Source of the DNA: Moniliella sp. 'wahieum'
Lineage: Eukaryota
DNA: 64,000 nt
Reading direction: 5' to 3'
NCBI GenBank assembly: GCA_003971905.1
Contig: RSEE01000028.1
Span: forward strand, 558,001-622,000
In this document: one piece after another, positions 47,670 through 59,059 of the stretch
Layout of the letters: each line of letters begins with the position of its first letter
Position numbering within the stretch: position 1 is the first letter of the stretch
Made by a program: the position numbers and the translations under genes
The notes under the pieces: generated by a model
Seen by the model: the letters and a program-made list of their open reading frames with translations, nothing else
Told to the model about the DNA's origin: nothing
The model's database searches: none

Positions 47670-49709
47670 ATGTCCACTGCCGCCCCGCAGCCCACCCCCA
47701 ACATCAGCCAACCCCAATCGAGCCGCCGCCCTCGCCCCCTCCCTTGGTCCCACCATGCCTCTTGGCTGGACAGCACCCCCTCCTGCCTCACCAAGCAGCC
47801 ATCCTTTCCTGGCCAACCGCTGGCCCGCCTGGCGTTGTCTCCCTTATCCCATCTACCCCCGCCTCTTCTCCAGGAGCCCCTGCTTCGTCTGCCCATCCCG
47901 CCCATTCTCCAGCCCCAGCGGGCATGGGGATGTCCTCAGCCATGATCCACTCCCCCTTTGCCCCATCCATTCCAGTCCCCACACCCCCGAGGTCGGTGGA
48001 CTACACGGTCGGATTGGTGGGTGCTCCCTTGGCGCAGCCCAAGGGCCTCCTGGTAGGCGGCCGACTCAACTGGTGTGACATGATTTGCCAAGCACTTGCC
48101 CAACAGTCCAATCCGCACATGGTTGTGCAAGACCTGTTTCTGTTTATGTGCCAGCTTTTTCCCGAGATTCGCGAATGGGCGGTTGGCAAAGATTGGGAGG
48201 TTAGTTTGCCCCGGTCGGTATGTCTTTAGTTGCTACCGTCTCATTGACTAACTTGGGCGGTTTATTTTCCTCTGTCTCCACAGGCCAAGGTTAAAAACCG
48301 TATCAAGTCCACGTTATCTATTAAAACCATATATTCTCCAAAGTTCCTCGCCCTTCCAATGTGCAGGGCAAAGGAGCCTGGTGGACCTTGACCCCGGAAG
48401 CCCTTGCTGAATGGCGGCAGGGAAAGAAGGCTGTGGTGGTGCGCTGCCCACCAGGCACTCTAATACGAACCCCCCTCGCTCAAACGCGACGGTCCAGGCT
48501 GCAGGTTCGGGCGGATCGACTCGTCCAAGCCCCAAGAAGAGTCGGGGGCATCCTCAGTCCCTTCCTACCAGTCGGTCAGCAGCTGTGCAACAGCCCTATT
48601 CCCCTCGTACCTGGTCCCAGTCCAGCATTGACAAGCTCTGCTCCACCTCCACTTGGAAGTTGCCCCCCCTTTCCGATGGGGATCCAGCATCCCAATTCGT
48701 TCGTAGGGCTATGATGGCAGGGTATTGCCCCTTCAACCCACACTCTACAGCTGATTGATACGGCCAATCTAACCACCACCTCAGCACCCTCCCTTGGTCT
48801 GCACTTTGGTGAGGCAGCCTCGACGTTGGCATCCATCTCCAACTCGCCTCCGGCCCAATTTCATCCGTTCGTCCCTACGAAGAATCCGGCTCATCAACCA
48901 TTAGGATCCTTTTTCCTGCGCGCCCTGTTGGCCCGCCATCACATCGCCCTCGTTGCCAAGTCCGCATTCCATCACGTACGTCGCATATCTGATCCTACTC
49001 AACAAGTGCTTACCTGGCTATGCTAACATGAATTGGTTCGGGTTCGGCTCAGTAATGGCTCACCGGAAGGTGGTCTGGCACTGCGCCGGCCATCGTTGTT
49101 GCCCGATGGGTCTGGCCTCAGTACCAGTCCATCGTATTCGCCGCAGCCGCCAAAGCCTAACCCGATGCGGGCCGAGATGGACGTGATATTTGGCTGGACG
49201 GGACAGGAGTCGTACGAGCACCGTGGCGTGATCAATGATGGCACCCCATCCACCCTCTCTTTCCCTTCCACTTTGTCGGTTGACAATGCTTCCCCTTGCT
49301 CGACTATGCGGCGGACCCGTACCCGTACCCGTACCCACCGGAACACAACTCAGGAGACAATGGTGTGCCCAGCCCAGCCCATTCCGACTCGAGCACAGAA
49401 CCAAGTATGTACTACAGGGATGGACAATCCCCTGAGGGAGCTCGACTCGCCCAGTGGCATCTCTTGTCCTTTGATGCCGATACAGGCGGATCCGATCTCT
49501 TCTTGTTTCATGGTATCCAACCTGATGGATGCGAGTGCGATGCCAGCTCGTTTGTCAAACCGTTTGCCCGGTGGACTACAGGGAGGAGAGCCCATTCACC
49601 CGCGGGCTCGCTCGCTCCGGGAACTGATGGCACCTTCTTTTATCGGCTCGTCTTTATCTTACCGGCTACCCCTCCACGTAAGATGAGGATAGGGCCGATC
49701 CGGTCCTGA
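47670..49709 (+). CDS. Forkhead (winged-helix) transcription factor; intron 48200-48283; frameshifted
   Basis: LNWCDMICQALAQQSNPHMVVQDLFLFMCQLFPEI...WE|AKVKNRIKSTLSIK..KVPRPS..QGKGAWWTL matches the forkhead pattern Y..LI..AI / W.NSIRHNLS / GKG..W. The intron reads GTTAGT..GACTAAC..CAG. Start and end are approximate. Confidence 0.85.
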
Positions 49710-50024
49710 TCAAGAGTCCCTTCAAGCTTCTTCAAGCTTCACTAGTCATTGATTGAGACTCAGGATGATATATGATACTCCAGCGCCCGATCGCCACACA
49801 CACAAGTCAAGGTGTCTTGGCTTGCTACTTGTTCCCCCATTTTTCTTGGATTACTGTTTTTAATGCCTGTTCCCAACCGTTATTCGCGTTATTTTTACTT
49901 TGGCCTGCCTATCTTTCTTGCCTACCTTGCATCCATCCCCGTATCCCGTATCCCGTTTATCTCTCACTTACACCATCGGCGTGGTACACGTGGTACATGT
50001 TACTTTTCGGTTTCCCCACCATCG

Positions 50025-50097
50025 TCCATCCATCCGTCCATCTCCACCCCATCCATCCATCCATCTATCCATCCGTCTATCTACCCATCCACCATCC
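50025..50097. repeat. Degenerate (CCAT/CTAT)n tetranucleotide microsatellite
   Basis: Read directly: ccatccatccgtccatctccaccccatccatccatccatctatccatccgtctatctacccatccaccatcc. Confidence 0.7.
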
Positions 50098-50669
50098 ACG
50101 CTCTGTACCATCTTTTGTTCTACATTGATATTGATTCTCCTCGCTGTGCATATGCGTTCAATATGGAACGTTGAGGTGGGTCGATTGAAATAGTAAACGC
50201 CAGCGGCGGGCCGAAAGGTAGCAAAAGGGAAGACGGCGGCAGGATGACTATGTGATCCTTCAAGCTTGCCAGAAAGGAGGGGACAGAGGACGATGCTTAC
50301 CCCGGGTACCTTAGTACCCATCTTAGTTTGGTAGAGCTAGTTGACTGCCACGCACAGTCGTACGACGGCAGCCTCTCTTCATCCGGCGCCATGCCCCGCC
50401 GCAAGCCTTCGCCGCAAGCTCAGCAGTACGATCGTAGCCAACAACTATGCTTTCACGCCCACATTTTCATCCCAAGAAGCTCGTCCACACCCACGAAACT
50501 AATGCAAAGGATTCGCATAGCTCCCACCGGGAGGTTCATGCATAAGAGGAAAAGGAAACAGAAGAAGAAAAAAAAAGAAAAAAAGAAAAAAGAGAACAGA
50601 TTGGGCTTGCTAGATTCGATCGTTCGGTCAAAGCAAGCCAAAAGGTGCCGGGCGCTTAAAGCTTCGGGT

Positions 50670-52862
50670 TCACCTTACCTTAGGCCTTAGGCCTTTAGGG
50701 GTGCATGGAACAGACGACAATGTCTGGTAGCTTGCCACATTAAGCCGCCGCCGGATCGGGGTCAGCGGCGCGACAGGGATCGAGGCACGGGGCTGTTGGT
50801 CCCGTGTCATGGCCTGCAACGAACGCAACAACGTATCCGACCACAGCGGTTCCGCCGCATCGTTCGACTCGGACTGGCGGAACAGGTCCGCGAGCGGGTC
50901 GGTGCCATCCTGCGGCGCACGACGTAGTTCCTCCGAACGGCGCAGACCTAATTTGGTCCATACCTGGTCCAAGGCTTGCACTAGGTGGTGCACGTCGGCC
51001 GAGGTATGGCCCGGAGTCGGGGTGATGCGCAGACGTTCGTGACCCTTGGGCACAGTGGGGAAGTTGATTGGTAACGTAGCAGCCGTGTTCCTCGAGTAAC
51101 AGATCCGATGCCGCCTTGGCCTTGGCCGCATCGCCAACGAGAACAGGCACAATGTGCGAAGGGTTGTGTTCGAGTGGAATGCCAGCCTGGCTTAGCAGAC
51201 GAACCGTTTCGCGCGTACGGACTTGCTGCGCAATGCGCGACTCGTTGCTTTCCATCAACACTTCGACGCCGTCCGGGCTCCGGTAACCACATGCGGCGGA
51301 AGCGTCGTACTAAAGATAAACTGAGGCGCATAGGAACGAATCATGTCGATAAACCGGTTGGATCCAGCCACGTATCCACCCACGTTCCCGTACGCCTTGC
51401 CCAACGTGCCTGTGATGATGTCAATCCGATCCATCAGCGTCGGCTTCTCCCCCGGCTGGGCACCACCGCGCACCTGCACATCCCAATCGAGATGTTCAGC
51501 AACACCAGCCCCACGCGGACCGTACATCCCACCGCGTGCACCTCGTCCAAAACGTTAACGCCCCGTACTTCTCTGCCAGCTCAATCGTCTTTTCAATGTG
51601 ACCCACAGTACCCGACATGGAGTACACCGATTCAAACGCAATTAGCTTCGGCACATCAATCGGGAGAGAAGCCAGTTTGGCTTCCAGGTCAGCCATATCG
51701 TTGTGCTTGTAGATCAACTTCTTGGAACGACCATGGCGGATGCCGTTGATCATACTCGCATGGTTCATCTCATCCGACAAATCACACAGTCCGGAAGCTT
51801 GGATCCCAAGAAGCCCAGCGTCGCATCGTTGGCAGCATAGCAGGAACCAAAGACCAAAGCGCCATCCTTACGATGCAACTGCGCCAACCGTTCTTCCAGA
51901 TCCTCCACCGCACTGTTGTGCCCGGCAATGTTGCGCGTACCACCGGCACCAGCTCCGTACTTGAACAAGGATTCTTGCATTGCCGCCAAGGCACGAGGAT
52001 GACGGGACATGTTCTGGTAGTCGTTCGAACACCACACTGTGATCTCATACTCCTCGTTTTGAAGATGGCCACGAGGCGCGACCAGCGAGACGATTGATGT
52101 TGTTAAAGTACCGGTACGACTTGTCGGTATGCTTGGCAGAGAGTTGGTTATGATAAAACAGTTCATAGTCGAATCCCGGCGCTTGCTTCAGCTTCGGAGC
52201 CGGGATCGGCCCGAGCCCCGAACCAGGCTTGCGCACTTGCTTCACCACCGCACGACGACGAGCAGCAGCGAGCTGGGCTTTGGCCTGGGCTGCCGCCTCG
52301 TCGGCCGGTTGAAGCGGGGCTTTCCCTTCGAGCGTCGCTTGCTCCACCGCGGCTGCCGCAGCGACGTGCGGACACTTGGACGCATCGCCATGGCCATTGG
52401 TCAGCACACCCTGCGTAGCGTGGATGCGTGACAGCTCGTCCGAGGGCGAGTCTTGGTCCAGGGGCGACGCTTGGCCAGCATGAGCCGAGGTGGACATGCT
52501 GCGGGCCTGGCCAGCGCCGGCACCAGCAAAGGGGCACCCCGACGCACGCGGCGAGGCGACCTTGTTGCTCTTGGCAAAAATGAGCGCATTGAGCGAGCCG
52601 CCGTACACAGCCGATCCAGCCGCAACGCTCATGGCAATCTCCTCGTGGCCCGGGATGGACGCGAGGTCGTACTGGCTCAGGTCAATCTGGTCACGGATGG
52701 CAGCCGACATGACGGGCAGCGCTGGGCGCTGACGGCGAGACGGGTGGGGCCGCCCGGGATGAGGGCGGTGGTAGACATGGCACGCAGCTGGGCCATGGAG
52801 GTGTGGCCGAGGAACGGGCAGGAAGTGCGCAGCGAGCGCAGCGCATTCATGCTGCGGTCCAT
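50670..52862 (-). CDS. HEM1: 5-aminolevulinate synthase, mitochondrial (frameshifted)
   Basis: [119 protein letters not shown] (PLP lysine) and [21 protein letters not shown]. Confidence 0.97.
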
Positions 52863-55143
52863 CGTGGAGGTGGGGGTGGTGGGGGAGCGAGAGAGAGGGT
52901 GCAAGGGTGGCCGAGAAGAACCGGAGGGCGCTGGGGGGGTGCGGAGAAAAAGTGAATTGAAACAAAGCACCACGCTTCCCCAACACGGAGCAGGCAGCAG
53001 ACGGGCAGTGTGCTGCTAGTGGCGCGGAGGCAGTGGCCGGGTGGCTCGTGGGGGACCGGTGATCGATGACCGAGCCTCGCCGAAAGGCACAAGGGCAGTG
53101 GCGAGGCGCGTGCGGTTACTAATGGGCACAAGCGCCGCCCCGACACGGTCTCTGTCTGGGCCGGGTCGCCGCGGCGGCTGAAAAGGACCGGAGGCGGGGC
53201 AGGCGCCATGCCCGCCACTGAGTAACTGAGTACAGACATCTGACAGCCACTAGTCACATCTCCGCTGAGTCCATTTCGTCTTGATGATCCATTCGGCTCG
53301 CCTCGCCACTGCCTGGCCGCGACACGCGACACCCGTCTTCCCTTGGCCTGATTCGACTCGATCCTTCCGGCCTTCGTCTGTCCTTGGCCAGTTACCGGTT
53401 ACTAAAACTGGCCTGTGACATGTGAGCCCCCAGTTTCTCGCTCCTCCGGCTCAGCCATAGTACGTACAACATACCCACACCCCATGGCACTGCATAATAA
53501 CTAACACCAACAAAGCCCACTCTAGTCACTCTAGCCACTGATATAACAGATCAAGTCGATGAGGTCACCCCGCTCGCCACATGCCATCTTGATGGCTTTG
53601 CATCTTTGCTTTTCACATTTGCTTGAGTGGCAGAGTTTGGTTACTGAGGGGCTCAATCTCGCTCTCATCACCGACACGCCCCAGAGTATAGCTGGTCGTT
53701 GACGGATCCGCGATCTCCTCCTGGTCCGCACGCTTCTCACCCTGCCCCCTCCGACGTATCTGCCGTGAGACCTTGTACAAAGGTGCGGTGAGGATGCCTC
53801 GCAGTCGTCCCGCTAACACAGTCTACTAGCACTCACCAAAGTGTGCCTGAGACTGCCCCACGTCTCTCTGATGTGGCTGAAAGACGGTCCCTCGAGGATC
53901 AAAAGGTGTGAGACGCGTGCGGAAAACCTGCTAACATCGCTTCGTCGTACATCGTGTACTGTACCACGGATCTCAAGACTGTGATTGGAAGATCCATACA
54001 GGTGGCTCTCCATGCCGCCCATTGCCGATACTATCGTCATTTCTCTACCCGTGTAGTGTATCTTTGACTTCCTTTGTGGCACTTGTTGGCTCCTCTCCCT
54101 TCTCGTCTCCCTGATACGAGGATGTCGGCAAAGATCTGCACTTGAGCTTAATTGGGAACGAAAACGATAGAGGGGAAAAGCAAGGTGAAAAAGGCCCTAC
54201 AATACAGTAATGAAATGCTTCTCGTGCTTCTCGAGGGTAGAAGCAGTGTACCGTGCCCATGACGGAGGAGAGAGAGGGAAAAAGTGGAGGCCACAGGCAT
54301 AGTATACCGTACGAGTGCGATGTGGAGGCGCATATGCTAGTTCCTGGTGTAAAGAGACTGCTTATAGCACACTTTTTCATACTCAATGAGTGTTCCCGGC
54401 TCCTGTTGGTGAAAGGACCATAGCATTATACGCGCCTGCTTCTAGTTCCCCCCGCTTTCCTCTAAAGTGGGTCGGTAAGAAACTCGCCCCATCATCACAA
54501 CTTGAACCGGATACGAGTCCGACCTTGTATACATGCTATACCCGTGCAATCACAACTTATGTGCATGATGGCGGGTTAAGCGCCGCCGACTGAAAATAGT
54601 GTCATAGAACAGTTTGGGAGTGGGGGGGGGTATCCGATAGAGAGAGATAACTAATATATGTTTAACCAGTGACTCGCCAATCATTTATCGACCCCATGAG
54701 ATATGGTAGAGGGAAGAGTGAGAGTGAGGTCTGCAGCTCAAAATGCTCAATCCTAAAAGCTAAAAATTAAGGTCTTTCACCATGCCGATCATCAATCGTG
54801 GAAACGTGATTCAGTGGACAACAGGGGGAGGAAAAGGAAATCGGTGCTCTTCTGGAACGAAGGGAAGGGAAGTGAGGACAAGAGAGCTGGTGGGACAAGA
54901 GGTAACGGTACAGAGTATTTCTACTTCACGCCGGTCGGCAAGTACTCATCCAACAACCGGGTGCATCAAAGAGGATCAGGGAATGAGAGACGAACAAAGA
55001 CAAACGAAACAAGCGTCAAGGGAGCCAGGGACGTGAGAAAGGGAAGAAAAACGGTGCTAGGCGGAGGCGGGTCAAGAAACGTGTGCTTTTAGTACGGTAG
55101 GTCAATGGAAAAAAGGAGTCCTGATGGTCGTTGGTCCATCAGC

Positions 55144-57007
55144 TCAGCTCAATGTGGAAAGAAGCTCACCCCCTTGACCAGCAAGGTAGTGGCCGACATC
55201 CTGGTAGAGTTCTACCAGTTCCTCGGGTTGAAGCCCCGCAATGGCCATCTCCAAGACCGACTTGACTGAAGAATGATGCTGGCGGATCAGGGCCGTGTAA
55301 TACGTATAGGCCCATAAGCCCATGAGGAACTGACAGTCAAACCGGTCAGTCAAGCCGCCATGACCAGGGATAGAATCACCAATCTTTGATCCCATAGGCG
55401 CGTTTGAATCCGAGGCAAAGAACCCCCCAAACGGTCCGACGAGCGAAGCGAAGGAAGCCATGACTAGCGTGTGGAACTGGAAGAGCGTGTAGGGCACATG
55501 CGTGACTGCCGTACCACCCGTTACAGGGCTCAGCAGAATCGTGGCCAGTGTTGCTGCCCACTGCGGTAGCGCAAAACTGTGCCAATGAAACGCGGGGTTG
55601 CGTTCGCAGGTCATCTGGCTCCAAGCGTTCTCCCCCAGCGATCTAGCAGGGCAGACCTGGATCATAATCATAAGCGAAGTAAGTCAGTATGGTGCGTGGA
55701 GAGGGGGGGGGGGGAGGAGGGTGCGGTGCGAAAATGTAGGAGGTGAGAAAGAAGACGAACCATGTAGTTGAAGTGCTGGAATAAAGAGCCCCAAAGTAGG
55801 CAAAGATGACCGTGATGACAAACGCACCCACAAAGCCTTCTCGCGTCTTTTTAGGGGAGAGGGAGATGAGTTGGGTACGCCCAAAGAGCATCCCGCAAAC
55901 GTAGGCAAAAACATCATTGCAAATGATCAGCGAGGCCGGTACCCAAAACCAGATGAGACCCTCCAGGATCGAGTTGACCATGAAATGGCTGCTGCCCACA
56001 ATGAGGAAAAGCGTCATGTGGATCCAGGCAAAGAGGCCAAACTGGGTTTGAAGGTTGTCTCTTCGCAAATGAAGAATGAATGCCATGAACCCAAGACGTA
56101 GAGCATTAGGCTCAGGAATCGATGGCTTTGAGCAAAGGGGACAAAGTAGACCGTCTCATCGTACACAATGTGTTTCAGGTAGTACACCAACGATTCCCCA
56201 TACAGGTAGTAGTTTGCAATGCTAAACATGTACCACGACAAGGTTTTGTTCCACATGGCTTCTTTCCGAGCCGCTGGTTGGTCGTCTAGCGAAATGGGAC
56301 CCCTATTAGGAAGGTCGAACAGATTGACAATCTCCTTGTACACAATGGTGGCCAAAACGGTAACCAATAAGATCATGTATGGGTGCCCCAGCAGCAAGAG
56401 CGTAATAAAGCCCCCAATCATTGCAAACGTAAGGATGGTACGTTGGTACACCTTGGTCCAGAAAGCTTCATTCGCCTGTCGCCTTTTCTGCTCCTCTGCC
56501 TGTGCGTTGGCAACAGGAAGAGTGTCCACAGCCGAAGCGGCGGGGACGACAGTAGACTTTTTTGTTGTACCTCCTCGTGCAATGCGGTATCGCTAAAGTC
56601 GGCGAGGACAATTGGACCTTTCTTCTCACCCTCGGTAGGTATCAGCTCCCGGGTCGGGAGCAGGGGGGAGGATGAGGGTGTACTGGGTGTAGGAGTGGTT
56701 CCCTCATCCACGGCGTGGTGCAAATCCAGGGGCGAATGGGGTGGGGAAAGAGCTCCATCCCGCTCGGAAGATGATCCATGGAGGGCGATGCGCTTCGCTG
56801 GGGTGAAAGGGGAATGAAGGGTCCCTGTGGTGCCTTCAACCAGAGATCCTTTCCCTCCGGGTGCAGTGTTGGGGCTGTGGGAGCATCCAACACCACTTTT
56901 TCTTCTTTAGAAGAATGGGGCAGCGCCGAGGAGGGGAGAGGAAGGGAAGTGGACGGGGGAGAGGAGTCCTCACCTTCAACGATCAGTGCTTCAAAGGGGT
57001 TGGGCAT
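55144..57007 (-). CDS. CDS1: Phosphatidate cytidylyltransferase (CDP-DAG synthase); intron 55657-55760; frameshifted; true start may lie further upstream
   Basis: RTILTFAMIGGF, YYLYGES, EGLIWFWVPASLIICNDVFAYVCG.LFGRTQLISLSPKKT.EGFVGA, FASLVGPFGGFFASGFKRA..IKD.GDSIPGHGGLTDRFDCQFLMG. Confidence 0.96.
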
Positions 57008-59059
57008 GGCACAGCCAGACCTGTGGTGGGTAGGGTGTGGGTGTAAGTGTGTTGGGTGGGTGTGCGGAGCAATGGAGCGTGCTCAACACGCGGGGACGGC
57101 CGCGGCAGTGAGTAGGGGGGTAGTAGGGGACAAGGCGAGCGGTGGCGAGGACAGGATGAATGGATTGACTTGGTGGTCAAGCGCCGTGAGAAGGATGGGA
57201 GGAGCTGGAGGGGCGAAGAAATGGGCAAGCGGGGACGAGGATGGGGTGGGGGGGTAAACGGAAGCGCCGCCGCAAGGGGCGAAACGCCTATGGGAGCTTC
57301 AAGCTTCAAGCTTGATTTTCTTCGCACGTGCGGGGTTGGTGGGGACACTGGCCCTGCGCGCTCGCGCACGCGCCCCTGCTGCTGAAACCGTACCGAGTCG
57401 GATGTATTGACTATCGATTGTCTTCTCCCAACCTCCGAGGTCCAACGTCCAAAAACTCACTTGGACACCCACCAACGCCGAAGCGATATTCCAAAAGCTC
57501 AGTGCGATCAGCGATCAACTGATCGTTCGACTCGAGGTCTTCTCGGGCTTTGGACGTTGCACGTTGAAGTGACTGCTGGACTGCTGAGTACCCCCGCTGA
57601 CTAGTAACTAGGTAACTCGCACTCTTCAGGGTGACTGCGAGTGCTACTTTTTGGCGCCACGCCCACAGACAGACAGACAGCGACTAGCGAGATCTGAGAA
57701 TGTCCCAACACTGCGACGGAGATTGGGGAGATCCCAGGGATGCATGATGCATAGCCGATGATCTGGATGATCATTCGATCATTAATTCATTCACCACAAT
57801 TGCCACTTGGGAATCTAAGCCTCAGATCTCAGACTGGGATCTCAGATGTGATTCATGTGACATGTGACATGTTTGCGGGGCCATAACGCAGAAAGAGTAC
57901 CAGACCCCACAGCGCATCTGCGTTGTGGCGCACGTGACGTGGAGAAGATAGCGTCGTTCAACGTTCACGCGTTCACATGCGTTCCGTGTGCTCAGTACTC
58001 AGTAGGTGCCAAGCTCCAACGGCAGAAGATGGATAGGGTTGCCACACCCACCTACGCATGCTTTAGTAGTCTTAGTAGTCACTTGAGCTCCCTCCGCCAC
58101 TCCCCTCCTATGTTGGCACAGAAGCCGCGCCATGCAGAAGCGTCGGCGTGGCACACAGTTGGCGGGGGTGTATCCATGTGACTTGCGCCGCTGTATGCCA
58201 ACAAGGAAATCACTTTGGTCTTCTCCGATCTCACCCAGCAATGCGTATGCAGCCAGCAGTCATCGACCGTGGGGGTGAGCAAAAAACCACAGGAATCCCA
58301 GTAGTACTCCCACTATACTACGTCCTGTTAATGCGGTTGAGAGAGCTCTACGGAATCGACAGGCTGCATCATCTGTAGGGCAGAAAAGAAAGAGAGAGAA
58401 AACTAGAGAGGGGGGGAGGGCGTAATACATACAACACAAAGTGGTCCCTCGCACTCCTGTGATGGTTCAACAAAACGCCTTGGGAAAATGGCGTGGAGGA
58501 GTGTCAAAGAGGGTTAATTTCGTAGCAAGATAGTCCAGTCTGTTTCTCTCTGAAAACGAGAGAGCGATCTGAAACGTAAGTCCATCAGGGGAGCAGAAGT
58601 CCTTTGGCATTCGCCGTCGGTAGAGTATTCCTGAGGCAGGGGGGTGGGATATGGGAAAAACGGATTGGTATGGGGAGAGGAAGCAAGTAGGAAAAGGAAG
58701 GGCGTGCAATGGGTCGCTCAAACACACCCGATATCATAGATCCACAGCAGGTAAAATGGATCTCCATAACATACGTGACCGTATACTCATACAGCGTGCG
58801 GGGATTGGCAAATGAAGAGGGTGATGGAAGGGGCAATACGGGCAGGGGGGCAGGGGTTCTAAGAAGGGTGGGTCATCGTGATCGACATGAGATGGTCTCC
58901 AATCAAAAAGAGAAAGGAGACTGGGGGGAATAACGATCGCGGTAGGAGCCCGATAAGAAAACACTGGCAGAGGCTGGAGAAAAACGACGTAAACAGGTGG
59001 ATAGTGGGAGGGGAAGTTTGATGCCAGAGCAGGTTGTCCGTGATGCTCCTCTTTTCCCT

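Noticed and set aside
50543..50600. A-rich tract read as poly-Lys or as a retroelement poly(A) tail
   Set aside because: It lies in the convergent 3' region of the forkhead gene and HEM1, with no adjacent RT or target-site duplication; it is most likely 3'UTR low-complexity sequence.
28770..57871. Arrays look like tandem restriction sites or synthetic linkers (HindIII AAGCTT, StuI AGGCCT, AgeI ACCGGT, SpeI ACTAGT, MluI ACGCGT, NsiI ATGCAT)
   Set aside because: They are dispersed through native intergenic DNA, show decayed variants, are nearly all of the A....T class, and have no vector context. Cloning contamination does not explain them.
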